Of a DNA stretch of 64,000 nucleotides, positions 35,555 to 48,400 are shown piece by piece. Source of the DNA: Hemiscyllium ocellatum. Lineage: Eukaryota. The translations under genes and the position numbers were made by a program. How positions within the stretch are numbered: the first letter of the stretch is position 1; every line of letters starts with the position of its first letter. Under the pieces are notes generated by a model. The model was not told the DNA's origin. It worked only from the letters and a program-made list of their open reading frames with translations, and did no database searches. Where the stretch lies: positions 20,336,001-20,400,000 of the forward strand of contig NC_083413.1 of assembly GCF_020745735.1 (NCBI RefSeq), given 5' to 3'.

Positions 35555-35877
35555 AGAGTCATAGAGATGCACAGCATGGAAACAGACTCTCCGGTCCAAC
35601 CTGTGCATGCAGACCAGATTCCCAACCCAATCTAGTCCCACCTGCCAGCACCCGGCCCATATTCCACCAAACCCTTCCTATTTATATACCCATCCAAATG
35701 CCTCTTAAATGTTGCAATTGTACCAGCCTCCACCACTTCCTCTGGCAGCTCATTCCTTACACATACCACCTGCGTGAAAAAATTGCCCCTTAGGTCTCTT
35801 TTATATCTTTCCCCTCTCACCGTAAACCTATGCCATCTAGTTCTGGACTCCCCAATCCAGGGAAAATACTTTGTCAA
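35555..35877 (-). mobile_element. CR1 LINE extreme 3' end
   Basis: GESRTR..RGNFFTQ..FKRHLD; (CTCTATGA) tail. Confidence 0.85.
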
Positions 35878-35892
35878 TGTACAAAAACTCCC

Positions 35893-37541
35893 AGCTCGTT
35901 TGTGTGTGTTGGGGTGGTTGCTTTCATAGTTTAAGACTTGGTCTGTGTGTGTGGCTTTCCTGTATACCTTCGTGGTGAATTCTCCGTTCGGTGTTCTCTG
36001 TACCATCACGCCTAGGAATGGGAGCTGGTTGTCCTTTTCTTCCTCTCTCGTGAATAGGATTCCTGTGAGTGTTGCGTTGATGATCCGGTGTGTGTCTCTA
36101 TTTCTGTGTTTTTAATGATTACAAAGGTGTTGTCCACGTATCTGACCCAGAGTTTGGGTTGTAATTGCGTTAAAACTGTTTTTTCTAACCTTTGCATTAC
36201 TGCTTCTGCTATGAGTCCGGAGATCGGTGAGCCCATGGGTGTTCCGTTGATTTGTTCATATATCTGGTTGTTGAATGTGAAGTGTGTTGTGAGGCACAGG
36301 TCCAGTAGTTTACGTATACCGTCTTTGTTAATAGGTTCAACGTCTGTTGTCTGTTACGTATGTCCAGCAGGTTGGATATTGTTTTTCTGGCTAGGGTTTT
36401 GTCAATAGAGGTGAACAGTGCCGTTACATCGAATGAGACTATGTTTTTTTTTCCTTGTCTATGTGTATATTTCTGATGATGTCCAAGAATTCTTGTGTTG
36501 ACTGTATAGAGTGTCTGGATCCGCTGAGTAGGTATTTCAGTTTCTGTTGTAGCTCTTTAGCCAGTTTGTGTGATGGTGTTCCTGGTAGTGATACTATGGG
36601 TCTGAGTGGGATGTCTGGTTTGTGTACTTTAGGTAGTCCATAGAATCTGGGGGTGTTGTTTATCCTATTGGTGAGCTGTGGAGTGGGGCCAACCTCCCTC
36701 TTTTGGTAAGTGTTGGTATCTGCAAGTAGTTGTTCTGCCTTTTGAGTGTAATCTGATTTGTCCAGGATGACCGTCATTCTGCCTTTGTCTGCTGGTAGTA
36801 TGATTATGTTCTTATCGTTTCTTAGTGAGTGTAGTGCTTCTTTCTCCTTGGTTTTGAGGTTGTGTGTTTGTCTTTTCCTTGTTATCAGAGGTACGATACT
36901 TTGTCTCACTGTTTGTTGTGTCTCTTCTGTCAGTCCATTGTTCCTGAGTGTGCATTCTAGTGCTGCTAGGAAGTCTGCTGTCTTGGCGTCCCTGTGGTTG
37001 TAGCTAAGTCCCTTGGCCAGTATTGTTCTTTTCGTGTCTGTGAGCTGTCTGTGGGAGAAGTTTTTAACCCAGGTGTGTGTTGTGGTGTCCTCTTCGTTGT
37101 GTGTTAACTTGGCCATTTTTTTTTCTTTTAGTGCCGTTTTTTTGCGGTGTGTGGTCCTGTTCTGTACTATGGTGACAGCCTGTTCTATGGTCGGGGTCCA
37201 TTCCTGATTGGTGGTTTTTGAAATTAACGATTTTTGGCGCGCAATTTCTTGTCTGTATTTGCGAAGTCTGTTGTGAGCGTCTGTAATCATTACCTGGACC
37301 ATCCTGAATCTGTTCTGTCTGGCTGTGTCCCTGGTTTGTGGATTGTTGACTGGTGGTCTGTATCTGACACATGGTGGAAGGATTCGATTCTTTCGGCATT
37401 CATGCAGGAATCGGAGTTGTTTATATGTGGTGCTTAGGCGGTTAGCACAGGATTCCCATTTCCTGGCTTGTCTTAGCGTCTCTCGCCCGTAAGTGTTCAA
37501 AGTTTGTGTTCACAAACTTTGAACACCTACGGGCGAGAGAC
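35893..37541 (-). mobile_element. Penelope-like element (RT, probably Penelope/Poseidon type), lacking GIY-YIG end
   Basis: LAKGLSY, PADKG, PRFYGLPKVHKPDIPLRPIVS, GTPMGSPISG, WVRYVD, VYRKATHTDQVLNYESNHP; inverted repeat at 5' end. Confidence 0.9.
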
Positions 37542-39680
37542 AAACTTTGAATACTATATTATCTCGTGACCAAAGTCATTTTCGTATTTTTTTAAAAAAA
37601 GGTTTTTCATTATTTCAGATTCCACCAATTGAGTGACCTGTCCTTTGGAATTCTGGTTCAATCACCGAAAATATTATTTTATTTTCCTTCCGACAAGTTC
37701 TAGGCTACGTCTTAGTGGTACTTCCTGTAGTTAGAGTGTGTCTTTACTGAGTGCAGCTTGTCTATTCTTCCGGTATCCGGAAACTCCAATCATTCGAGCG
37801 AACAATTCAGAGCTGAGTTCCTCCTCTCTTTGTGCTAATATTTTGCTTCTTGTGTTCACTTATCTTCATTTGAAAGCCGACCGGATGGTCCTGCATGCGG
37901 TGGACTGCATTTGGAATTGTGTTTGTTCTCTTCAGTTGAGGAAAACCGTTCTTGTTGTGGTCGCTTTCAAAGAAACTCGTCACAACAAAAATTTGATAAA
38001 CTGGTTTGGGTCCATGCAGAATTATTTGGTCGTGTTCGTCCTTACATTTCCTCAAGATTTAATTTGCACCATGTGGCATATTGTATCGATTCCCTATCCA
38101 CTGAAAAAATTACGTATTATAGAGACGTAATTATTTTGTGGCCTGCTATATTGGTCTTCTGTCCCACTGTAGGCGTCCGGCTTGCTTTCCTTGCCGGAAA
38201 ATTCCAGATAATTTCAAAGACGCAAAGTATATAACTTTCAGTATGCTGAGCTTCTGTGTTGTTTGGATCACTTTTATTCCGGTTTATGCCAGTTCTCCTG
38301 AAACATACTCGGGGGCAATCGAAGTGCTTGCAATTTGGGCGTCAAGCTTTAGTTTGCTTGTCTACATTTGTGCTCCAAAATGTTATCTTGTTCAAAGCGG
38401 AGAATAACACAAAGATAAGCTTGTGCCCGCAAAATGTTCAGTCTGGAGATTGTTGTTCCAATATAAATATTTCTTGCTGATTAAACAATTGGCCATCATT
38501 TTCGATATATTTGTGGTTTTATTCTAATAAAAAAAAGCAGATTCAGTATATATCAAGTTTCTTCTTGTTTATGAAGACGACATTGTAGCCTAAGTTTGCA
38601 TGCATTAGCGCTGATATCTTGTGTTTGTCTGGATATGAATCCCATGCAACAGCTATATTGATATTGACGAAACAAAAATAAAGGAAGAACTGCAGATACT
38701 GGAAATCGGAAACCAAAACAGAAATTGCAGGAAGAACTCAGCAGGTCTAGCAGCATCTGTGGAGAGAAATCGTTGTTAATGATTGTGTCCAGTGACCCTT
38801 CAGAACTGCACCGACTCGAAATATTAACTCCGATTTCTCTTCACGGATGATGCAAGATGCTGCTGATTGTTTCCAGCAATTTCTGTTAATTCAATGAAGT
38901 TCGCCTTTCAATCCTTTCCTCTTAGTTTTCCTTTAGCGCTTCGGGTGAGGTAAGTTTCTTGTCATTCTGCTTGTTTACCACTTTGCTCTATATATTCTCC
39001 GCTTAGAACATACACATTGTTCTATGATCAAACAAAGAACTGTGGATACTGCAGGTCTGTAACACAGATGGAAAGTGCTGAAGAAACTCAGCAAGTCTGG
39101 TTGTCTCTGTTGGAAGAAAACTGAGTTAACATTTCAAGTCTGATGACTCATCATCAGAACTACTAGTCGCTTGGAAAAACTGATATTTATGCTGAAGCCA
39201 AAGTTGCTGAGAGGTGAGCGTATAGATGGAAATGGAACCAAAACAGAGGGAGAGATTAGAAAATGATCGATAAACCGAGAATAACGGATTGTAGGCCAGT
39301 ACAGAAGAAAAGCTGAATAATATACAAGAACAGCTCGGAGTGAGAAAATGGGTGAAGTGTGCTGAACGCATCTGTTTGATAACTGGCTTATAAGTAATTG
39401 AGAATGTGTGGCTGCAATAATATCAACCTATCTCATAACAGGACGCAGTGAGGTGTGGGTACAAAACATGGAAGGACGAAATCAGGCTCTAAAGATATTG
39501 GACTCAATAGTGAGTTCTTGACGCTAAATGGTCCTCAAGCAGAAAATGAGATGCAGTTTTCTAAGCCTGTGTTGACACTCGTTTGTACACTGCAGCAGGA
39601 CTGTAACAGAAATGTTATCATGGGAACACTTTGGTATGTTGAAGTGGCAGTCCCATTCTCTGTCGCTTGTGTTCTGATGA

Positions 39681-40053
39681 AGCGCCTCATCTTCCGCCTG
39701 GGAACCCTCCAACCACAAGGTATGAATTCAGATTTCTCCAGTTTCCTCATTTCCCCTCCCCCCACCTTGTCTCAGTCGGTTCCCTCAACTCAGCACCGCC
39801 CTCCTAACCTGCAATCTTCTTCCTGACCTCTCCGCCCCCACCCCACTCCGGCCTATCACCCTCACCTTGACCTCCTTCCACCTATCCCACCTCCATCGCC
39901 CCTCCCCCAAGTCCCTCCTCCCTACCTTTTATCTTAGCCTGCTTGGCTACTCTCTCTCATTCCTGATGAAGGGCTTATGCTCGAAACGTCGAATTCTCTA
40001 TTCCTGAGATGCTGCCTGGCCTGCTGTGCTTTGACCAGCAACACATTTTCAGC
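39681..40053 (+). mobile_element. 5'-truncated PLE insertion (GIY-YIG tail + pLTR with hammerhead), 13-bp TSD
   Basis: RLIFRLGTLQPQGMNSDF; near-identical to 45040-45412; TSD TGTGTTCTGATGA at 39668-39680 and 40054-40066. Confidence 0.88.
39959..39994 (+). ncRNA. Minimal type I hammerhead ribozyme motif
   Basis: AUUC-CUGAUGA-A-GGGC(UUAU)GCUC-GAAA-CG-UC/GAAU: intact core, stem II, stem I AUUC:GAAU, rudimentary stem III as in PLE minimal hammerheads. Confidence 0.75.
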
Positions 40054-41699
40054 TGTGTTCTGATGATGCCACATTCCAGGGGTAGGGATATGTGGTTGAT
40101 CAGAAATGTACACCATGGAGGTCAATAGGGTCTTGAGCCATGTTTGATCCATCTTCCACACTTCAACCCTCACCCCTTCCTTTCCCATCTGCAACAAGGA
40201 TTGGATCCCTCTCGCCCTGACTTGCCACCACACCAGCCTTTTTAATGAAAGGATTTTAAACTGCCATTTCCATCACCTCCAAGTGAATGCCACGACAAGT
40301 CTCGTCTGTCAGCATTCTGCAAGATCCATTCCTTCTGGAATTCTCTGCCATACTATTCTTGCACTGCCACCGTCTCCTCACACTCACATGGCACATTTGC
40401 ATTCAATTGCAGAAGATGCAATACCTCCCCATTTACCTCCTCCTTCCTCAGCTCCAAGGCCTGAGACAAATGTGCCAGGTGAAGCAATGTTTCACCCGCA
40501 CTTTATTTTAACTACTGTGTTAGTAGTCTATTGATTTCGCTGTTTACAATGCCGTCTTCACACCAACGAAAGGTCAAAATATAGCCTGGATATCTAATCA
40601 GCAAAACACCGCCAAATAGAACCCTGCGCTTCCAGTTACCTGTCACTTCAACACATCATGTAACTAGACCAATATACTACCACGTTTCAGTGCACTTGAG
40701 TGCAAGTTTAAAGAACAAATATTTTCTGCTTGCAGGATTCCTTACTGCAGCTAGGACTCAACATCAACTTGAAGAACTTTAGAGCCTGATTTGATTCTTC
40801 CATTTTCTTTTTCATCCAAGGTCTGGTCATGTTATGACAAGGGTTGCATTTTGCAGAGTCACCCATTTGCATATACTCACAGGCCCATTGTCAAGTGTAT
40901 GTGGTGCACTACTATTCTACTTTGTTACTGTTAGCTCTTACACAGCTTTTCTACTGTCTGGCCTGCCACTCATTATCACCTTGCCTACCTATTGGTATGG
41001 CTTTGTCTCTGGATTCCATCTCCACCATCTGTCCAAACAGTTCTTTCTCCACCTCACCACCCTATCCCTCACATCGGCTTCAGCATAGATACTAGTTTTT
41101 CTTACTTGCTAATAGTTCTGATGAAAAAAATCATCAGACTCTAAACTTTAAGCTCTACTTTCTTTGCACAGATGCTGCTAGCCCCGCTGAGCTTTTCCAC
41201 TAATTTCTACTTTGGTTCTGTTATTTTACAGTTGCATGCAGATTTGTTGCCATGTAAATTGTAAGAGTTTTTCATATCTTGCTGCTCTCAAAAAAAGCAG
41301 AGGCGGTAATTTTAATAAAGGTAACAACTTTGAGGAATAACTATTCCTTTACTTCCATATTTTAAGGTGTTGAGGAGCTTATTCCTGTAGATGTTTGAGC
41401 AATTTTAATATTTCTTGCTGATGAAGCAATTTGCCAACATTTTTAATGCATTTGTGTTTTTTTTCTAATGAATAAAAAAGCAAATTAATTCGATTTTCTA
41501 TCAGGTTTATTGTTATTTGTGAAATCTGTTTTGTAGCCTAAGGTCAAATGCATACACCGATGTTTTATGTTTGTCTGGGTATGAATTGCATGTATAAGCT
41601 GCACTTTTATTATGTTGGCTTGTCTATCCATTAGCATTGGTATTCCTTTCGTTTTGGGGATGGTATAGTTTTCTTCTCAGTCTGCTCATGTATGATTTG

Positions 41700-42097
41700 A
41701 CTTGGAAGAGTTGGAGTTGTATTGGAGTGGACAAAGTTAAAAACTACAACACTAGATTATAGTCCAATAATGTATTTGGAGACACGAGCTATTGAAGCAC
41801 TGCTCCTTCTTCAGGTGGTTGTGAAGCAGGACCATAAGACACATAATTTATAGTAAAAGATGACAGTGCCAGAATGGGTTTTAGAATGGGTTTCTTCAAT
41901 TCGGTCCTTTAAAATGCAAGTCCCAAAATTTCCTTTAAATCACCCATTCTCAAAGATCAAAGACTTAATCTAGGTTTATCGTTTCCGCTGCCTGACACAG
42001 CTATGAATTCCGTCTTCTGGTCCTGCTTCACAACCTCCTGATAAAGAAGCAATGAAAGCTATTGGACTATAACTTGGTGATGTGTGATTGTTAACGT
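41700..42097. mobile_element. Second-family PLE pLTR inverted pair (related pieces at ~29295-29430, 51640-51860, 61290-61350)
   Basis: GTTAAAAA(A)TCACACAACACCAGGTTATAGTCCAAC-type ends and degenerate CTGATGAAGGAGCAGTGCTCCGAAAGCT motif on both strands. Confidence 0.6.
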
Positions 42098-43010
42098 CTT
42101 CTATGATTTGCATGGGCAAACTCTCCATACGGAATGAAGTGCATTATTTCCCAATAAAACAAAGCGGGTACTGGAGATCTGAAAAATAAATAGAAAATGC
42201 TGAAGAAACTCAGCAAGTCTAGTAGCATTTGTGGGAAGAAAACAGAGATAACTTTTCACGTTCGATGACTATTCATCACAGCTGTTAGTAATTAAGAAAA
42301 TCTAATATTTATGCCAAAGCCGAAGTAGGGAAGAAGTAAGCGGTTAGGTGGAGACAGACCCCAGATGGAGAGAATTATAGAGCATGCCAGGAAAAAAAAA
42401 CGAAATAAGAGATAAAAACAGCTAGGAGTGAGAAGGTGGGTGATGTGTTCTGATTACGATCCATGCAATATGACAAATGGCCTAAAAGTAGGTGCGTTTG
42501 GGTGACTGTGCTAAAAACAACCCATATTATAACAGGACACAGCGTGGGATGAGTACAAAACATGGCAAGATGGAATGAAGTTCTAATAGTATTGAACTCG
42601 ATATTTAGTCCGAGAGGCCGCAGAGTCCCCAAGCGGAACATGAGAGTTATGAGTTCTTGTGCATAAGATTTTAGTAAAAATTACAGGTTCAGGAGATAAT
42701 ACGAAGTCAAATAAAAGTTTGATTTTATTTGAAGGCAAATGCAATATGTTGAGCATGTACTCATATAGCTTTGAAGAATTGTTTATTTGATTGATTTATC
42801 ATCATCTGTATGTTGTTGCAAAATGCAATGAAAGTTTTGTATAGTGTCGTTGTTCTCCAGCACCAACTTAAAACACTGAAAGCAACAAAGAAAATGAAGG
42901 CAGAAGAATGAATAAACAAAGAAAATGTGTTAAACTTTACAGTCGTTATTATTAAGTAATAATAGGCCAGAGGCATGGTGACTGGGCAAGAGTCACTTTG
43001 CAATGCTGCT

Positions 43011-44852
43011 TAGAACATTGAACATAGAACATAGAACACAGAAAAATAAAGCGCAGTACGGGCCCTTTGGCCCTCGATGTTGTGCCGACCCAAGCCTACC
43101 TAACCTACACTAGCCCACTATCCTCCATATGCCTATCCAATGCCCGTTTAAATGCCCATAAAGAGGGAGAGTCCACCACTGCTACTGGCAGGGTATTCCA
43201 AGAACTCACGACTCGCTGAGTGAAGAATCTACCCCTAACATCTGTGCTATACCTACCTCCCCTTAATTTAAAGCTATGCCCCGACGTAATAGTTGACTCC
43301 ATATGTGGAAAAAGGTTCTCACTGTCAACCCTATCTAAACCCTTAATCATCTTGTACACCTCTACCAAGTCACCCCTAAACCTTCTTTTCTCCAATGAAA
43401 ACAGCCCCAAGTGCCTCAGCCTTTCCTTATACGATCTTTCTTCCATACCAGGCAACATCCCGGTAAACCTCCTCTGCACCCGTTCCAGTGCCTCCACATC
43501 CTTCCTATAGTATGGCGACCAAAACTGCACACAATACTCCAGATGTAGCCGCACCAGAGTCTTACACAATTGCAGCATGACCTCAGGACTCCGGAACTCA
43601 ATTCCTCTACCAATAAAAGCCAGTACGCTATATGCCTTCTTCACAGCACTATTTACCTGGTGGCAACTTTCAGAGATCTGTGTACATGGACACCAAGATC
43701 CCTCTGCTCATCCACACTACCAAGTATCCGACCAGTAGCGTAGTACTCCATCTTCTTGTTACTCTTACCAAATTGAATGACTTCACACTTAGCTACATTG
43801 AACTCCACTTGCCACCTTTCTGCCCAGCTCTGCAGCTTATCTATATCCCGCTGTAACCTGCCACATCCTTCCTCACTGTCAACAACTCCACTGACTTTCG
43901 TATCATCCATAAACTTGCTCAACCATCCTTCTAGCCCCTCCTCCAGGTCATTTATAAAAATGACAAACAGCAATGGTCCCAAAACAGATGCTTGCAGAAC
44001 ACCGCTAGTAACTGCACTCCAAGATGAACCTTTATCATCAACTACTACCCCCTGTCTTCTTCCAGCCAGCCAATTCCTAATCCAAACCTCCAATTCACCC
44101 TCACTGCCATATCTCCGTATTTTTTGCAGTAGCCTACCATGGGGAACATAATCAAATGCCTTACTAAAATCCATATACACCACATCTATCGCTTTACCCT
44201 CGTCCACCTCCTTAGTCAACTTTCTCAAAGAATTCAATAGGTTTGTGAGGCTCGACCTGCCCTTCACAAAACCATGCTGACTATCCTTGATCACATTATT
44301 CCTATCCAGATGTTCCTAAATCCTACCCTTACAATTCTCTCTAAGACTTTGCCCACAACAGAAGTGAGACTCACCGGCCTATAGTTACGAGGGTTATCCC
44401 TACTCCCCTTCTTGAATAAGGGAACCACATTTGCGATCCTCCAGTCTTCTGGCACTATTCCTGTAGACAACGAGGACATAAAAATCAAGGCCAATGGCTC
44501 TGCAATGTCCTCCCTTGCTTCCCAGAGAATCTTAGGATTCACCCTTTCCAGAATTTCCAACACCTCTTCCCTACATGCCTGAAAGCCATCTATTCTAATT
44601 AATTGTGACTCAATATTCATGTCGGCAACAATGTCCTGTTACTGAGTGAATACTGACAAAAAGTATTCATTCAGTGTCTCCCCAAACTCTTCAGCCTCCA
44701 CGCACAACTTCCCACTATTATCCTTGACTGGACCTATTCCTACCTTAGTCATTCTTTTATTCCTGACATACCTATAGAAAGTCTTTGGGTTTTCCCTAAT
44801 CCTACCTACCAAGGACTTTTCATATCCCCTCCTTGCTACTCTTAGCTCTCTC
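43011..44852 (-). mobile_element. Young CR1 LINE, 5'-truncated ORF2
   Basis: NYRPVSLTSVVGK, QHGFVKGRS, FMDD, RLHLEYC; (TTCTATG)n tail. Confidence 0.93.
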
Positions 44853-44854
44853 TT

Positions 44855-45448
44855 TATTGGGGAGACAGGCCGTCTACTTGCAGAACGTTTCAGAGAACAC
44901 CTCTGAGACACCCAGACCAACCAACCCAACCACCTCGTGGCTCAACACTTCAACCCCCCCTCCCACTCCACCAAGGACATACAGGTCCTTGGACTCCTCC
45001 ATCGTCAGACTATGGCAATGCAACGGCTGATGGAAAAGCACCTCATCTTCTGCCTAGGAACCCTCCAACCCCAATGGATGAACACTGAATTCTCCAGTTT
45101 CCTCATTTTCCCTCCCCCCCCATCTTGTCTCAGTTCCAACCCTCGAACTCAGCACCGCCTTCCTAGCCTGCAATCTTCTTCCTGACCTCTCTGCCCCTAC
45201 CCCCACTCTGGCCTATCACCCTCACCTTAACTTCCTTCCACCTATTGCATTTTCAACGCCCCTCCCCCAAGTCCCTCCTCCCTACCTTTTATCTTAGCCT
45301 GCTTGGCACACTCTCCTCATTCCTGAAGAAGGGCTCATGCCCGAAACGTCGATTCTCTTACTCCTTGGATACTGCCTGACCTGTTGTGCTTTTCCAGCAA
45401 CACATTTTCAGCTCTGATCTCCAGCATCTGCAGTCCTCACTTTCTCCT
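44855..45448 (+). mobile_element. Penelope-like element 3' end (GIY-YIG endonuclease + pLTR with hammerhead)
   Basis: IGETGRLLAERFREH..VAQHFN..HLIFCLGTLQP..NTEF, pyrimidine-rich UTR, hammerhead at 45323-45350. Confidence 0.85.
45319..45354 (+). ncRNA. Minimal type I hammerhead ribozyme motif
   Basis: CUGAAGA-A-GGGC(UCAU)GCCC-GAAACGUC. Confidence 0.7.
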
Positions 45449-45450
45449 TA

Positions 45451-48400
45451 CATGAAGGAAGAGCAAGTTTTCTCACTGGGGCCATTGGTCTAACAACTCG
45501 GAAGGCAGAAATAGCTGGCCTCAGAGAATATCTTCTGAGAATTCATCCTTCAAGGTTTCCTGACAGCATTTTTGTGAAGAAATTTTGGGAAACTGTATTC
45601 TCCTGCTCTTTCATGAAGGATGACATAACAAAGACTGAAAGTTCCACATTTGAGGTGCCGTCATGCACAGGGAGTGGACATTTGGATGGGTTAGAAAATG
45701 CCTACCTTCCAGCGATAATAGAAGGAAGTTCCTATTATGTGTACAAAGCCGTCTATGCTGTCGCTCAAGCACTTGATGATCTGCTGATATATGAAGAAGG
45801 CAATGGCCCTTTCATGCATAATACTTGTTCTCACATTTCAAGACTTGAACCCTAGCAGGTAGGAAAAAAATTCAAATATCTTTCAGGTCGATCTCAGTTT
45901 TGTAGAGTGTTATACTTTACTTTCATTTGTGGCCTTTTTCACACTACCTTTTAATAATCAGTCATGTTCAGAAGAATCCAATACAGTATTTACGTCAGAG
46001 AATGAGGAAACCAATCCATTATGACAAACATGCGTCAAGATGAAAATAGCATTTAGAAACACTGCAGATTCACTCACACAGAAAGTTATATATCAAGCCT
46101 AAATATATGACTATAAGGATCTCCAAGGCCCGAATCACTTCAAGGATAGCAACACCTTGAGGTTTAGTCGCTGTTGTGATGTAAGAAAATGAAAAGGTTA
46201 ATTTGTAGCCAAGGGTGTGCCACTAGTAACAATGCGATAAGTGCTCAAAATATGAATGCCACGTTTTGTGGTGAGATAGGCATTGTCGAGTTTCGTCTTT
46301 TCACGGTCTGACGGTACTTTAGTTCTCAGTAGAAAGTTTAAGGTAAATCATGTCACTCTAACAATTAGGCACTCACTGGAAGCTATTCCATACTGTCAGT
46401 CAAGTCTTTGCCGTGCGGCTGGACTCCACATATTCTCAAGTAGAGTCATTCCGGCAAATATTGGCATTTTGATCTAAGACGGAAGATCGGAAACTTGTAA
46501 AAAGGCTAGATGGTTCGTCAAACTGTATTTGTTCATGTCTGGATGCTAATTTGTAGCATTATTCATTTCTAAATTATTGGTGCTCATTTCTTTAAATTAA
46601 TTGTAATGCATGCTTCCTAATGACCGACAAACGTTAATATGACTTTCATTGTCCTTCTGTAGCTGCTGCACTTTCTACACTCAATAAATTTCACTGATCA
46701 TACTGGGGAAGTCGTGTATTTTGACGAAAATGGTGATCCAATCCCAACGTATGACTTAATAAACTTACAATGAATTTGGACGGTTCACTTGAAAGTGTAA
46801 ACATTGGATATTATGAAGGTTCCGCTCCAGATGAACAAGAACTTGTCCTGAGCATTCGAGATATCGTGTGGAGCTCCACTGGAAATTAGGTATTTTCCTT
46901 ACAATTGGCACTGAGAAACCACAGTAAAAAAGTGACACTAAAATGTGAAAAAAATTCAAAAACAGCGCAAGTGTTTTTATGAACCGTTAGACTGGGGGCG
47001 TCACTGGTAAGGCCTTTATGTATTGCTTTTCATAGAGCCCTGGCTTTATACATAGCTGTTTAGTTTTCTAGGGCACTTGTTCCCGTTTTTATTTCTTCCC
47101 TGAACCCTGAAATCTGATTATGTTCTTCATTCTCCCTGTGAGTATTTCTGTGCGACTCAACAGTTGGGAATGCAGTTTTCATCCTCCATTTCTAATTGCT
47201 TTATTTATTGCAAAGCAGCTGAAATGAAATCTAAGCATTAGTTTTTGAATTCGTCCTGCTTTTAATTTTTCATGGAATTGGGATTTTTCTGTACACATTA
47301 TTTGGATGAATCTGGAAAGTTTAGAGCCAAAATGGTGGAACCCTGAACACAAAACGTTGGTTCTTTTTTCTCTTCACAGAGGCTACTAGGGTGTTGAATT
47401 TATTTAGTAATTTCTGTACTTGTTTGTTGTAACCAATCGGCAAGTTTGGTTACTTTCAGAACGATAATCTGATATCGTATTTTAAGATTAAGAAAGCCTT
47501 GGTAGCATAGACGTAGAGAAGGTACATGCTGTTCAATCATAAATGCTGTTCAGTTACCCAAAGAATACTTACATGAAATCTCCAAAATGCTCTTCACTAT
47601 TTTTTATTGCTCAGCTTCTGAAATGAAACCTATCCATTCGGTTTTGAATTCATCCTGCCTTTAATTCTTCGCGGAAATGGGATTTTAAAAATATATTGTT
47701 TATATGTATGCAGAAAGATTAAATGGTTTTATCGATGGGTTTAATGGGAAGATACAGAAACTCGCGAGAGAGAAAATAATTGACGTTTATGTTACTGACA
47801 CCGAGTGGACATAGAGTGCTACACTAACTTTTTATGGAGTATTCGAAGGGGCAAGGAACAGTTCGTGTCTGTGCTGTAGATTCGGTCATTCTTGCAAATC
47901 ATGTGACATGAATGCAAGTTTGCGTTGCTACCCCTGGTTGGTAGCACGAATGCAGATTGAGGATGACTCCTTTAGGTGGTATTATTACAGCTGCAGTCAC
48001 GGAGCGCACAGCACTGCGAGCTAACAGACAATAATTACCATTAGCAGTTTGGAAAAAAAATGTACCTCCGTTGAACGTACGACAGAGTTTCACAGATAAG
48101 TCTCAACTTTACATGTTAGAGACTCTTCCTATTCATATTTTACAACACCTGTTCTACAGATTAGCGATACATTTTAAAGAATGCAATCTGTATTCACGTC
48201 GACCAATTCCTCACTCAAGACATCCGAAGCAATCTTCAAACTGATGTTGCAATTTCATTGTAAAGAGCTCCATGGTTGATGTGTTATCTGGAAGGGAATT
48301 AGTGGTGATAATGCAATTACCTCACAGTCACTTCTCTTTCATTTCTCGTCAGTTTCGTATAAACGTAGCTTTTTCTTCCTTCATAGTTTTTAAAACTATT

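Larger units (their letters stand above)
32739..38420 (+). pseudogene. V2R pseudogene B: exon 1 (32739-32947) plus decayed exon 6 (37619-~38420); exons 2-5 absent
   Basis: Exon 1 is 209 bp with in-frame TGA at 32814-32816 (CGA in A/E); exon 6 keeps [26 protein letters not shown] across frameshifts and deletions. Confidence 0.88.

Noticed and set aside
39668-39680. TSD containing CTGATGA as evidence that PLEs target hammerhead sequences
   Set aside because: Single instance; the other TSDs (CCAATCAGGG, ATCTACTCTGTNCAGG, CAAC) share no such motif.
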